Shown here: positions 54,703 to 62,848 of the stretch, piece after piece | How the letters are laid out: every line of letters begins with the position of its first letter | Position numbering within the stretch: position 1 is the stretch's first letter | Source: Chitinophaga pinensis | GTDB taxonomy: Bacteria > Bacteroidota > Bacteroidia > Chitinophagales > Chitinophagaceae | Assembly: GCA_943371705.1 (NCBI GenBank) | Contig: CALRVV010000004.1 | Coordinates: 157,858 to 221,857, forward strand | Direction: 5' to 3' | Length of the DNA: 64,000 nucleotides | Made by a program: the position numbers and the translations under genes | Notes under the pieces: model-generated | Seen by the model: only the letters and a program-made list of their open reading frames with translations | What the model was told of the DNA's origin: nothing | The model's database searches: none

Positions 54703-55677
54703 TTATGTATTTTTCTGTTTACCCGGTTCCAGTTTTTCCCTGGCCTCCCGTTGTTCGGCCCTCGATTTTAATGTTTTGATACTTACATTCAGTTCAAACC
54801 CAATAAGCAGTACCAGGGAGTTTATAAAAACCAGCGCCATTAAAACAATGATGGTGCCAATAGACCCATACAGGGCATTGTAAGTACCAAAGGAGTTTAC
54901 AAAATAGGAAAACCCCAGTGTTGCGGCCAGGCATAAAAAAGTAGCCAGTATGGTTCCGGGTGAAATGAGTTTCCATTTTTTGTGAACGGCCGGGGCGTAT
55001 TTATAAATAAAAGCAATGGAATAATAGATCAATGCAATGATAACGAACCAGCGTACATAAGCAATAAACCCAAGCCAGAAACCACTCTTTAATCCAAACC
55101 ATTTTAATACGGCAGTTTGGGTGATGAGTATCACCAGGCAGCCCAGTACCAGGCCAAAGATCAATACCGTTAAGCGAATAGCGATCCACCGGTCGTGTAG
55201 CCCGGCCCTGCGCCTGAACCCGTGATAATTTTTATTAAAGGATCGCATCAGGCCCATCATGGCATTGCTGGCAAAAAACAGGGCCAGTAGTAAACCAAAA
55301 GACAACAGGCCGAACACCGGAGTGTCGAAAAAAGTTTCTTTAATGAAATTGATAATGGTTTTATTATAACCCTCGGCCGGGATAATATCTTTGATGATGA
55401 GCGAAAGCTGATTGAGTATTTCCCTTTTTTTGATAAAGGGTAAATTAGGGATGAGGGTAAATAAAAATAAGAATGATGGCGGTATGGCCATAATAAAATT
55501 AAAGGCAATGGCCGAAGCCCTTTCGGACAGGCCAACGGTTTTAACCTGGTTGAAAAAAAAACGAACCACATCATATAAAGGGACGCCTTCAAAACCCGGT
55601 AAATACCAGTGCTTGCTCTTGTTCAGGATAAAAGCAATGGGTATGCTGGTTATTATTTTTCGTTCCAGGTTGGTCAT
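54703..55677 (-). CDS. YihY/virulence factor BrkB family membrane protein
   Basis: ASAIAFNF, FASNAMMGL, PGTILAT, YNALYGSIG. Confidence 0.9.
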   Translation of the reverse strand: MTNLERKIITSIPIAFILNKSKHWYLPGFEGVPLYDVVRFFFNQVKTVGLSERASAIAFNFIMAIPPSFLFLFTLIPNLPFIKKREILNQLSLIIKDIIPAEGYNKTIINFIKETFFDTPVFGLLSFGLLLALFFASNAMMGLMRSFNKNYHGFRRRAGLHDRWIAIRLTVLIFGLVLGCLVILITQTAVLKWFGLKSGFWLGFIAYVRWFVIIALIYYSIAFIYKYAPAVHKKWKLISPGTILATFLCLAATLGFSYFVNSFGTYNALYGSIGTIIVLMALVFINSLVLLIGFELNVSIKTLKSRAEQREAREKLEPGKQKNT

Positions 55678-55871
55678 TTACAATATGGCTGTTGCTGCAC
55701 AAGATAACAAAATTGCTGAATGGATAGAACCCCGTTAACCGGGCAATGCAGGTAAATGCATGGAAAAGGCGGTGATTGTTTTGCAGATCATGCGGATAGC
55801 GGGTATTAAAAAATACTTTTCTGCAACATTTATAAAATCTGCGGGCAAACCAAACGGTGTAAACCGGGGGT

Positions 55872-56900
55872 TTATTTTTTATCTCCCCTCGCTTTAATTA
55901 AACTATCCAATGCCTGCTGGTATGCTTTAGCATATACCTGGTGCTGTGCATAGGTAGATGCAAAATTTGAATAGCCGTTAAAATCGGGTTTTGCCACAAA
56001 GTATATATAACTGGTTTGTGGTGCATTTAACACGGCATCAATGGTTTTTACCGACGGGGTACAAATGGGGCCGGGTGGTATACCGGTATATACATAGGTA
56101 TTAAAAGGCGAATCGTAACTGAGGTGTTTAAACAGGATCCTTTTTAATCCAAAATCCTTCATGGCAAATTTTACCGTTGGGTCTGCCTGCAGTTTCATGC
56201 CGCTGTTGATGCGGTTCAAATACACGCTGGCAATTAATCCTTTATCTTCTTCCTTGTTGGTTTCTTCCTCAACAATGCTGGCCATGCTGTAAACCTGCAC
56301 AGGCGTAAGGTTAATGGATTTTGCTTTTGCCTGTCTTTCTGTATTCCAGAATTTTTCCTTTTCGCTGTATAGTTTATCCATGATCTTTTTGGGTGAAGCA
56401 TTCCACAGCATACTGTAGGTGTTGGGAATTACAATGGTCATCAATGTGTTTTCATTAACATTGAATTTCTTTAAGGTTTCCGGGTCGGTTAAACATTCCA
56501 TCACACTTGCCGAATCGCATTCAAATTGGCCAGCAATTTTTTGAGCCAGTTCTTCCTTTAGCCTTAATTTATTGATGACCAGGTTTACCGGCGACTGGTT
56601 ACCGGAGCGCAGCATACGGATCAACCGAAACATGCTGCTGCCATTTTTTACCTGGTACCGGCCGGCTTTAACCAGCTGCGGGTATTTTAATTGTTTGGAT
56701 ACCAGGTCGAAAAAAAAAGTATTGCTGATGATCTGTTGATCGATCAGGGATTGCCGAACCTCGCTGTAGGCAGTGCCAGTTTTAATATAAAAATATTTGC
56801 TTTCGGGCGCAGAAACCGTGGGCCCAAAAACCTGCCAGGCAGCATACCCTCCGGCAAGGAGTAAAACAACAAAAATGGCTGAAATTATTTTCTTTTTCAT
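55872..56900 (-). CDS. mltG: Endolytic transglycosylase MltG
   Basis: ASIVEEET, IASVYLNRI, LQADPTV, SPFNTY...GIPPGPI; start at MKKKI. Confidence 0.93.
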   Translation of the reverse strand: MKKKIISAIFVVLLLAGGYAAWQVFGPTVSAPESKYFYIKTGTAYSEVRQSLIDQQIISNTFFFDLVSKQLKYPQLVKAGRYQVKNGSSMFRLIRMLRSGNQSPVNLVINKLRLKEELAQKIAGQFECDSASVMECLTDPETLKKFNVNENTLMTIVIPNTYSMLWNASPKKIMDKLYSEKEKFWNTERQAKAKSINLTPVQVYSMASIVEEETNKEEDKGLIASVYLNRINSGMKLQADPTVKFAMKDFGLKRILFKHLSYDSPFNTYVYTGIPPGPICTPSVKTIDAVLNAPQTSYIYFVAKPDFNGYSNFASTYAQHQVYAKAYQQALDSLIKARGDKK

Positions 56901-56916
56901 GATGGGCAAAATAAAC

Positions 56917-56945
56917 AAAAAACCCCGTCAGCAACTGACGGGGTT
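56917..56945 (-). terminator. secG terminator
   Basis: Minus strand AACCCCGTCAG-ttg-CTGACGGGGTT then T tract. Confidence 0.8.
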
Positions 56946-56964
56946 CTAAATTATTTGTAAAATA

Positions 56965-57315
56965 TTATTTTTTACCTGCGTTGGTATCCACAGCAGCCGG
57001 AGTAGCCGTATTGGCCGGGGTTGCCGGTGCGGGCGTCTTTGTATTTACATTTTCCAGTAATTCTTTGTTGGGAGCCGATCCGGTTCCTTCTTTTGGAATA
57101 AAGGCCGGCGAAACGATACACAATACGCCTACAATGGCTGCAAATAACCAGGTACCTTTTTCCAGTACATCGGTAGTTTGTTTAACACCCATGATCTGGT
57201 TGCCAAAGCCTCCAAAGCTGCTTGACAGGCCACCACCCTTGGGGTTTTGTACCAAAACGATCAATCCCAGTATCACAGAGGCAATAATCACTAAAATTCC
57301 AAATAAAATCAACAT
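56965..57315 (-). CDS. secG: Preprotein translocase subunit SecG
   Basis: IVLVQNPKGGGLS, TTDVLEKGTW. Confidence 0.93.
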   Translation of the reverse strand: MLILFGILVIIASVILGLIVLVQNPKGGGLSSSFGGFGNQIMGVKQTTDVLEKGTWLFAAIVGVLCIVSPAFIPKEGTGSAPNKELLENVNTKTPAPATPANTATPAAVDTNAGKK

Positions 57316-57319
57316 GTTA

Positions 57320-58114
57320 TTATGCTTTAAGGTTTTCTAATTTGGCTGCAAAGTAAGTGCTTTTAGCAGGATTGAGCAAACTTAATTTTTGGTACACTTC
57401 TATGGCTTTGGCTATTTTGCCCTGCCTGGCAAATACTTCGGCCATAGATTCGGTAAGTACTTCCGTATCATTATTGCTGTTTTCGGCCAGTATTTGAACT
57501 TTTGTATCTGTTTTTGCAGTGTTTTCGGCATCATTTTCCACATGGATCTTTTTCATGGTCTTAAGCCATTCTGTAAAACTCTTAAGCTGTTTGCCCAGTT
57601 TGTCGGCGGTTTGGGCCTCTTCGGTTAATTTTATGCCCTGCGATGCAAAATAGTCAACCATGTGCATGGGTTCAAAAAGCATGGCTTCGGCAGCAAGGTT
57701 TGCTTTTTGTGATGGCATTTTCAATTCGATATGCATGGGCTCAATTTCTGTTTCCTGCCCGCTTCCATCGCCGGCCGGTAATTCTGTATTGTCTGGCTGG
57801 TCATCTGCCATTAAGGTTTCTGGCGCAGGCATCCTATTTCGAGGTGCATCAACAGCGGGCTCATCCGCAGTAATGGCCTTACTTGTTTGGTTGAGCTGAA
57901 AATTAAGCCAGTGCGGGTTATTGAAAAAGAGGTTTGTTTTTACGGCCTGTTTTTCAAATGCAGTGGTATCTTCTTGTATACTATGCAGCAGAAAAAAATG
58001 TGCCGGCGAAAAGCTGGGATGCTTTGCGGTGATCTCTTTTAAAAAATCAACATGGCCTGCATCAGTAAAGCTCCTGTTAAATAATGATTCAAATATTTTT
58101 GTATGGTGCTGCAT
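57320..58114 (-). CDS. Conserved hypothetical protein (TPR-like C-terminus) upstream of secG
   Basis: VLTESMAEVFARQGKIAKAIEVYQKLSLLNPAKSTYFA. Confidence 0.8.
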   Translation of the reverse strand: MQHHTKIFESLFNRSFTDAGHVDFLKEITAKHPSFSPAHFFLLHSIQEDTTAFEKQAVKTNLFFNNPHWLNFQLNQTSKAITADEPAVDAPRNRMPAPETLMADDQPDNTELPAGDGSGQETEIEPMHIELKMPSQKANLAAEAMLFEPMHMVDYFASQGIKLTEEAQTADKLGKQLKSFTEWLKTMKKIHVENDAENTAKTDTKVQILAENSNNDTEVLTESMAEVFARQGKIAKAIEVYQKLSLLNPAKSTYFAAKLENLKA

Positions 58115-58129
58115 GGTGCAAATCTACAT

Positions 58130-58250
58130 TATACCGACTATACATTATAAATACTCCTGCGGTTTTTATGTCGGCATCCCGATAGCTATCGGAACAATCT
58201 GATATTTCAATCCAGTCCATCGGATTGCTTATGAAATAAAGTTGGTATTA
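58130..58250. repeat. Double-hairpin dispersed element, copy C, with inserted 18-bp palindrome (121 bp)
   Basis: Aligns with copy A except TCCCGATAGCTATCGGAA (58177-58194) in place of TAATA. Confidence 0.85.
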
Positions 58251-58850
58251 CCAGTTAGAAAATATCTTATTAAAAATAGCATCGGTCAGGTTCCTGGAAA
58301 TTTCATCCCCTTTTGATTGTTCAACCTGGCTCAGGCTTAGGTTGGCATCAAAATCAATGCTGTACGTTACATCGGCTTCAAAGTTCTTTTTCTCGTCGAG
58401 TGTATTTTTAAAAATAAGATGAAAATTGGCCGTTAACCGGTTAAGGCTGGTATTGGTGCCGCTGATACCGGTAGTACTGGTAAAGTATCCCGATACATAG
58501 CCGCTGATATCGTAATGGGCGTCATCATCATTGCTTTGGCGCAGCCGGGTGGTACCAATGATCTTTTGCTTCAGTTTTTCGGTAAGCTGCGGGCTCAGCT
58601 GCGGGTTCTTGTATTCGGCCCGGTTCTCAAAATAATTAACCCTGAAGGTTTTTACTTCGGGTGGTAAACCGCCGATATCTTTAAAGCCGTATTTGCAGGT
58701 AGCAAAGTTGAAGGTAACAAGTAGCAGCAGGCATATAGCAAATAGCTTGTTGCGGCTGATTGTAGATTTTAGATTGCCGATTTTAGATTGTTGGGTGCTA
58801 ACAGCTAACAGCTCATAGCTCAAAGCTTTCCCACTATTCTTCAATATCAT
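58248..58850 (-). CDS. lptE: LptE family LPS assembly lipoprotein
   Basis: Lipobox-like FATC-KYGFK, TFRVNYFENRA, position in the miaB-secG operon; exact start uncertain. Confidence 0.75.
   Translation of the reverse strand: MILKNSGKALSYELLAVSTQQSKIGNLKSTISRNKLFAICLLLLVTFNFATCKYGFKDIGGLPPEVKTFRVNYFENRAEYKNPQLSPQLTEKLKQKIIGTTRLRQSNDDDAHYDISGYVSGYFTSTTGISGTNTSLNRLTANFHLIFKNTLDEKKNFEADVTYSIDFDANLSLSQVEQSKGDEISRNLTDAIFNKIFSNW
58760..58824. repeat. Two adjacent heptamer arrays (4x TTTTAGA-like; 4x GCTMAYA-like)
   Basis: TTGTAGA TTTTAGA TTGCCGA TTTTAGA (58760-58787) and GCTAACA GCTAACA GCTCATA GCTCAAA (58797-58824). Confidence 0.75.
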
Positions 58851-60051
58851 ATTCTTTCAATTTTCTGTATAATGTTCTTTCACTAATACCCAGATCAAGC
58901 GATGCGTCTTTGCGTTTGCCTTTATGTTTCTTTAATGCTTTGATGATGAGTTCTTTTTCTTTGTCCATGATGCTCAATGATTCTTCTACATCTTCATGAT
59001 GTTGAATGGCATCGTTGCTGTGCGGCAGAAAAACCGGTTTTGAAGAGGGTAAATTGTTGTTGTTGACATCGGCAAAGGCCTGCTCATTATACCCTGCTGC
59101 ATGCCGCGCCATATCGGGGTTTTGTAACAGGTCGAAGAACATCTTTTTCAGCTCGTTCACATCTTTCTTCATATCAAAGAAAAGTTTGTACAGGATATCC
59201 CGTTCATTGGCAAATTCACTCTGGCTTACCGAGCCTGCACCACCTGCAAGTACTGGTAAACGTGAGTAATTATGATCGGGTAAAAAACTTTTCATGGTGT
59301 TTGCGTTGATCGTCTTATCCTGGCTCAGCACCGATATCTGTTCTGCAATATTCTTCAGTTCACGCACATTACCCGGCCAGGGATAGTTAATTAACACATC
59401 TTTCGCCCCTTCATCCAGCTGTACAGGTGTGCCTTTATAACGGTCGGAAAAATCGGTTACAAATTTGCGGAACAGTAAATAAATATCTTCCTTCCTGTCT
59501 CGTAAAGCCGGAACCCTGATAGGCACTGTGTTTAAGCGGTAGTAGAGGTCTTCCCTGAATTTGTTGGTTTGCGTGTATTCGATCAGTTCTTTGTTGGTTG
59601 CCGCAATTACGCGTACATCTGTTTTTTGTACTTTACTGCTGCCCACCCGAATGTATTCGCCGGCTTCTAGTACCCTTAACAAACGTGCCTGTGTGCCTAA
59701 AGGCAATTCGCCGATCTCATCTAAAAAGATAGTACCGCCATTTACGGTTTCAAAATAACCTTTGCGGCTGTCTACAGCACCGGTAAACGATCCTTTCTCG
59801 TGGCCAAATAATTCCGAATCAATGGTGCCTTCGGGAATGGCGCCGCAGTTAACGGCAATAAAGGGATTGTGTTTGCGGGCACTCAGTGAATGAATGATCT
59901 GTGAAAAAACTTCTTTACCCACACCGCTTTCTCCGTTAATGAGTACGCTCAGGTCGGTATTGGCCACCTGCACGGCTACATGCAATGCATGGTTAAGGCC
60001 CGGTGAGTTGCCGATAATGCCAAAACGGTTTTTTATTGATTGTAGTTCCAT
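58834..60051 (-). CDS. Sigma-54-interacting Fis family transcriptional regulator without receiver domain
   Basis: GESGVGKE, ELFGHEKGSFTGA, FLDEIGE, FREDLYYRL, WPGNVREL, C-terminal LGISERTLYRKL. Confidence 0.93.
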   Translation of the reverse strand: MELQSIKNRFGIIGNSPGLNHALHVAVQVANTDLSVLINGESGVGKEVFSQIIHSLSARKHNPFIAVNCGAIPEGTIDSELFGHEKGSFTGAVDSRKGYFETVNGGTIFLDEIGELPLGTQARLLRVLEAGEYIRVGSSKVQKTDVRVIAATNKELIEYTQTNKFREDLYYRLNTVPIRVPALRDRKEDIYLLFRKFVTDFSDRYKGTPVQLDEGAKDVLINYPWPGNVRELKNIAEQISVLSQDKTINANTMKSFLPDHNYSRLPVLAGGAGSVSQSEFANERDILYKLFFDMKKDVNELKKMFFDLLQNPDMARHAAGYNEQAFADVNNNNLPSSKPVFLPHSNDAIQHHEDVEESLSIMDKEKELIIKALKKHKGKRKDASLDLGISERTLYRKLKEYDIEE

Positions 60052-60055
60052 AATA

Positions 60056-60540
60056 AAACCCCCTCCGCCCCCTGAAGGGGGAACTTTGGAGTATGATTAT
60101 TTTAAGTGGTTTTCAATTATTTGTAAAACTGATTCTAATTCGTTTGTAATTTCTTTTGTTGTAAACCTGATGACTTTTAATCCCAAAACCTCTAATTCTT
60201 TTTGCCTTAATTCATCTTTAATTTTTATTTCTTCCAGATCATGAATACTTCCATCAATTTCAATAACCAGTTTTTTAGAATGACAATACATGTCAACAAT
60301 ATAAAATGAAATTGGATGTTGCCTTCTGAATTTTATATCAGGAAAATATTCTTTCAATTTACCCCATAAAATCATTTCAGTTGGTGTAACATTATTTCTC
60401 AACTTCTTTGCCTTTTCAAAAATCAAATGCCCGGCTCCATAAAACATATTTTCTTTCATAATCAACCCGACTTCTGAAATAAATAAATGCTGTTAAAATC
60501 TTCCGGCCCCAAGTTCCCCCTTTAGGGGGCGGAGGGGGTT
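60056..60540. mobile_element. DUF559 nuclease cassette bounded by hairpin inverted arms
   Basis: Arms 60056-60084 and 60510-60540 are inverted repeats identical to the era-der arms; the enclosed gene is visibly AT-richer than its neighbours. Mobility is inferred. Confidence 0.7.
60097..60459 (-). CDS. DUF559 / Vsr-like endonuclease domain protein
   Basis: AKKLRNNVTPTEMILW, FRRQHPISFYIVDMYC, LVIEIDGSIH, GLKVIRF; ATG 60459 or TTG 60465. Confidence 0.9.
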   Translation of the reverse strand: MKENMFYGAGHLIFEKAKKLRNNVTPTEMILWGKLKEYFPDIKFRRQHPISFYIVDMYCHSKKLVIEIDGSIHDLEEIKIKDELRQKELEVLGLKVIRFTTKEITNELESVLQIIENHLK

Positions 60541-61967
60541 ACCACGCTGCCAATTAGTGTGCCGGCTGTGCAGTCTACTATTTTGACAGTTACATATTCT
60601 CCCACTTTCAAATCTCCTTTTGCGAACACCACCACTTTATTCTGATCGGTTCTTCCATACAGGTCATTTTCGCTTTTTTTAGAATTGCCTTCAATCAGCA
60701 CTTTACGGGTTTTGCCTACTTCTTTTTGCATGGCCAATAAAGAATGTCCACGATACAGATCAACCATTTCCTGCAACCTTCTTTTCTTAACTTCCAGGGG
60801 GACATCATCCTCAAACCTTCGGGCAGCCAGTGTTCCGGGCCTTTCGCTGTAAAAATACATGTAGGCCAGATCGTATTTGCAGTATTCCATCAGGCTTAAC
60901 GATTCCTGGTGGTCTTCCTCGTTTTCGGTACAAAAACCGGTGATCATGTCGGTTGATAGCCCGCAATCGGGAATGAGCTCCCTGATGCGGTTTACTTTGG
61001 CGATATACCACTCCCGGCTGTACGTGCGGTTCATCATTTGCAATACGCGGGTACTGCCGCTTTGTACCGGCAGGTGAATGTAGTTGCAGATGTTTTCGTA
61101 TTTCACCATGGTGTGCAACACCTCATCGGTAATATCTTTTGGATGGGAAGTGGAAAAGCGAACACGCAACAATGGAGATATCAATGCAACCTGTTCCATC
61201 AGCATGGCAAATGTTACCACCTGATCTTTCTGTTCATCCACCCAATGGTAACTGTCCACATTCTGCCCCAGCAAAGTAACTTCGCGGTACCCTTCGTCAA
61301 ATAGTGATTTGCATTCGCTGATGATCGAGGCAGCATCGCGGCTTCTTTCGCGGCCACGTGTAAATGGCACCACGCAAAACGAGCACATATTATTACAGCC
61401 CCGCATGATGCTTACAAAAGCGTTTACGCCATTGCTGTTGAGGCGTATGGGCGCAATATCGGCATAGGTTTCATCGCGGCTGAGTAAAACATTTACCGCT
61501 TTCTGGCCGGTTTCGGCTTCTTCAATAAGACCGGGCAGGGTTCGGTAGGCATCCGGCCCTACCACCATATCAACCAGTTTTTCTTCTTCTAAGAACTGTG
61601 CTTTCAGTCGTTCGGCCATACACCCCAGAACGCCAACCAGCATGCCTGGTTTTTCTTTCTTTATCTTTCTGAATTCGGTCAGTCGTTTTCTGACAGTGGT
61701 TTCGGCTTTTTCGCGGATGGAGCAGGTGTTAATGAAAATGAGATCAGCCTGTTTGTAATTGTTTGTTGCACCAAAACCATTATCCATTAATATAGAAGCT
61801 ACCACTTCGCTGTCGGCAAAGTTCATGGCACAGCCATAGCTTTCTATATAAAAATATTTTTTATGCTGTTCCGCAGGGGGCTGCGGGTTGCTGTTTGTTG
61901 CAAGGGGGACAAATGCTTCTCCCTGCCTGGCTTCATCGTGTTCTTTGCTGGTAGCAACATGTAACAT
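60522..61967 (-). CDS. miaB: tRNA-2-methylthio-N6-dimethylallyladenosine synthase
   Basis: [29 protein letters not shown] radical SAM motif, TRAM domain. Confidence 0.96.
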   Translation of the reverse strand: MLHVATSKEHDEARQGEAFVPLATNSNPQPPAEQHKKYFYIESYGCAMNFADSEVVASILMDNGFGATNNYKQADLIFINTCSIREKAETTVRKRLTEFRKIKKEKPGMLVGVLGCMAERLKAQFLEEEKLVDMVVGPDAYRTLPGLIEEAETGQKAVNVLLSRDETYADIAPIRLNSNGVNAFVSIMRGCNNMCSFCVVPFTRGRERSRDAASIISECKSLFDEGYREVTLLGQNVDSYHWVDEQKDQVVTFAMLMEQVALISPLLRVRFSTSHPKDITDEVLHTMVKYENICNYIHLPVQSGSTRVLQMMNRTYSREWYIAKVNRIRELIPDCGLSTDMITGFCTENEEDHQESLSLMEYCKYDLAYMYFYSERPGTLAARRFEDDVPLEVKKRRLQEMVDLYRGHSLLAMQKEVGKTRKVLIEGNSKKSENDLYGRTDQNKVVVFAKGDLKVGEYVTVKIVDCTAGTLIGSVVTPSAP

Positions 61968-62229
61968 TAACCTTCATTTTTTGGAGCAGCAAAGATAGTT
62001 AATTAACAAACATAGTGACAGGATGGCAGAAGCTTTTCTGGCTGTTTTACCGGTAGCCATCCTTTGTAAAGCCGGGTTGCGTTCAACAATTGTGCATCTG
62101 TTTTGGCTGCCCGGGTAATGTATTAAGTTCATTCTGTCTTTAAAAGCGTAAATTCACCGGCCTGAACGCTTCATTTTCCATCATTCGGAACCTGCCGGAA
62201 TTTAAAGATCAAAACTCAGCCAATTTATT

Positions 62230-62694
62230 ATGGGCAATAATTTATATATAGTTCGACATGGAAAAATGTTGATTGAAAACCGGAACAGACCCGATTACCT
62301 GCACTTATCGCCGGAAGGGATTGATTTCGGGCAGCACCTCGACAATTATTTTAAAGATGTTTATTTTGATCATATTCTTTACCAGTGTATTGATGTAAAA
62401 ACATCTGACCCTTATAACCGCTGCCAAAGTACCATCAGGGGCACAAAGGGTACCAAAAAAGAGTTTGATAAAACACAGCTAAGTAAAATATTTGAAGACA
62501 TCAATAAAGAAGAAAACGGCCGTAAGAATGTTTTGCTGTGTTACCGCACCGAAGCTTTTAATGTGATCAGCAATATCCTGGATATTGAAGACAACGATGA
62601 GTTCTTTAATAAAGATTACAACCGCATCTTTCATTTTACTTTCAGTAATAACAATTACAGTTTTGTAAAGAAGGTGAATACAGAAGAGAAGTGA
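62230..62694 (+). CDS. Divergent histidine phosphatase superfamily protein
   Basis: LYIVRHG, LSPEG, RCQST; second catalytic His not evident. Confidence 0.55.
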   Translation: MGNNLYIVRHGKMLIENRNRPDYLHLSPEGIDFGQHLDNYFKDVYFDHILYQCIDVKTSDPYNRCQSTIRGTKGTKKEFDKTQLSKIFEDINKEENGRKNVLLCYRTEAFNVISNILDIEDNDEFFNKDYNRIFHFTFSNNNYSFVKKVNTEEK

Positions 62695-62791
62695 TATTTT
62701 CTGTTAGGGAGATTTTCCTTTAAGTATTTTCTTTTTTTGAATGTGCAAACCCACTATAACCAGGTTAATTCCTGGCATTGAAGGGCCATTC

Positions 62792-62829
62792 AAAAAAAAC
62801 CGCCTCATATATGTGAGGCGGTTTTTTTT
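62792..62829. terminator. Bidirectional terminator
   Basis: AAAAAAAACCGCCTCA-loop-TGAGGCGGTTTTTTTT. Confidence 0.85.
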
Positions 62830-62848
62830 AATTATTTGTGATCTCATC

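Noticed and set aside
58834-60051. GSFTGA instead of GAFTGA and missing receiver domain
   Set aside because: Believed to be the ordinary form of this conserved Bacteroidetes regulator in the miaB-lptE-secG operon.
25401-60540. Repeats as a possible CRISPR array
   Set aside because: Copies are dispersed or inverted, with no regular repeat-spacer period and no cas genes.
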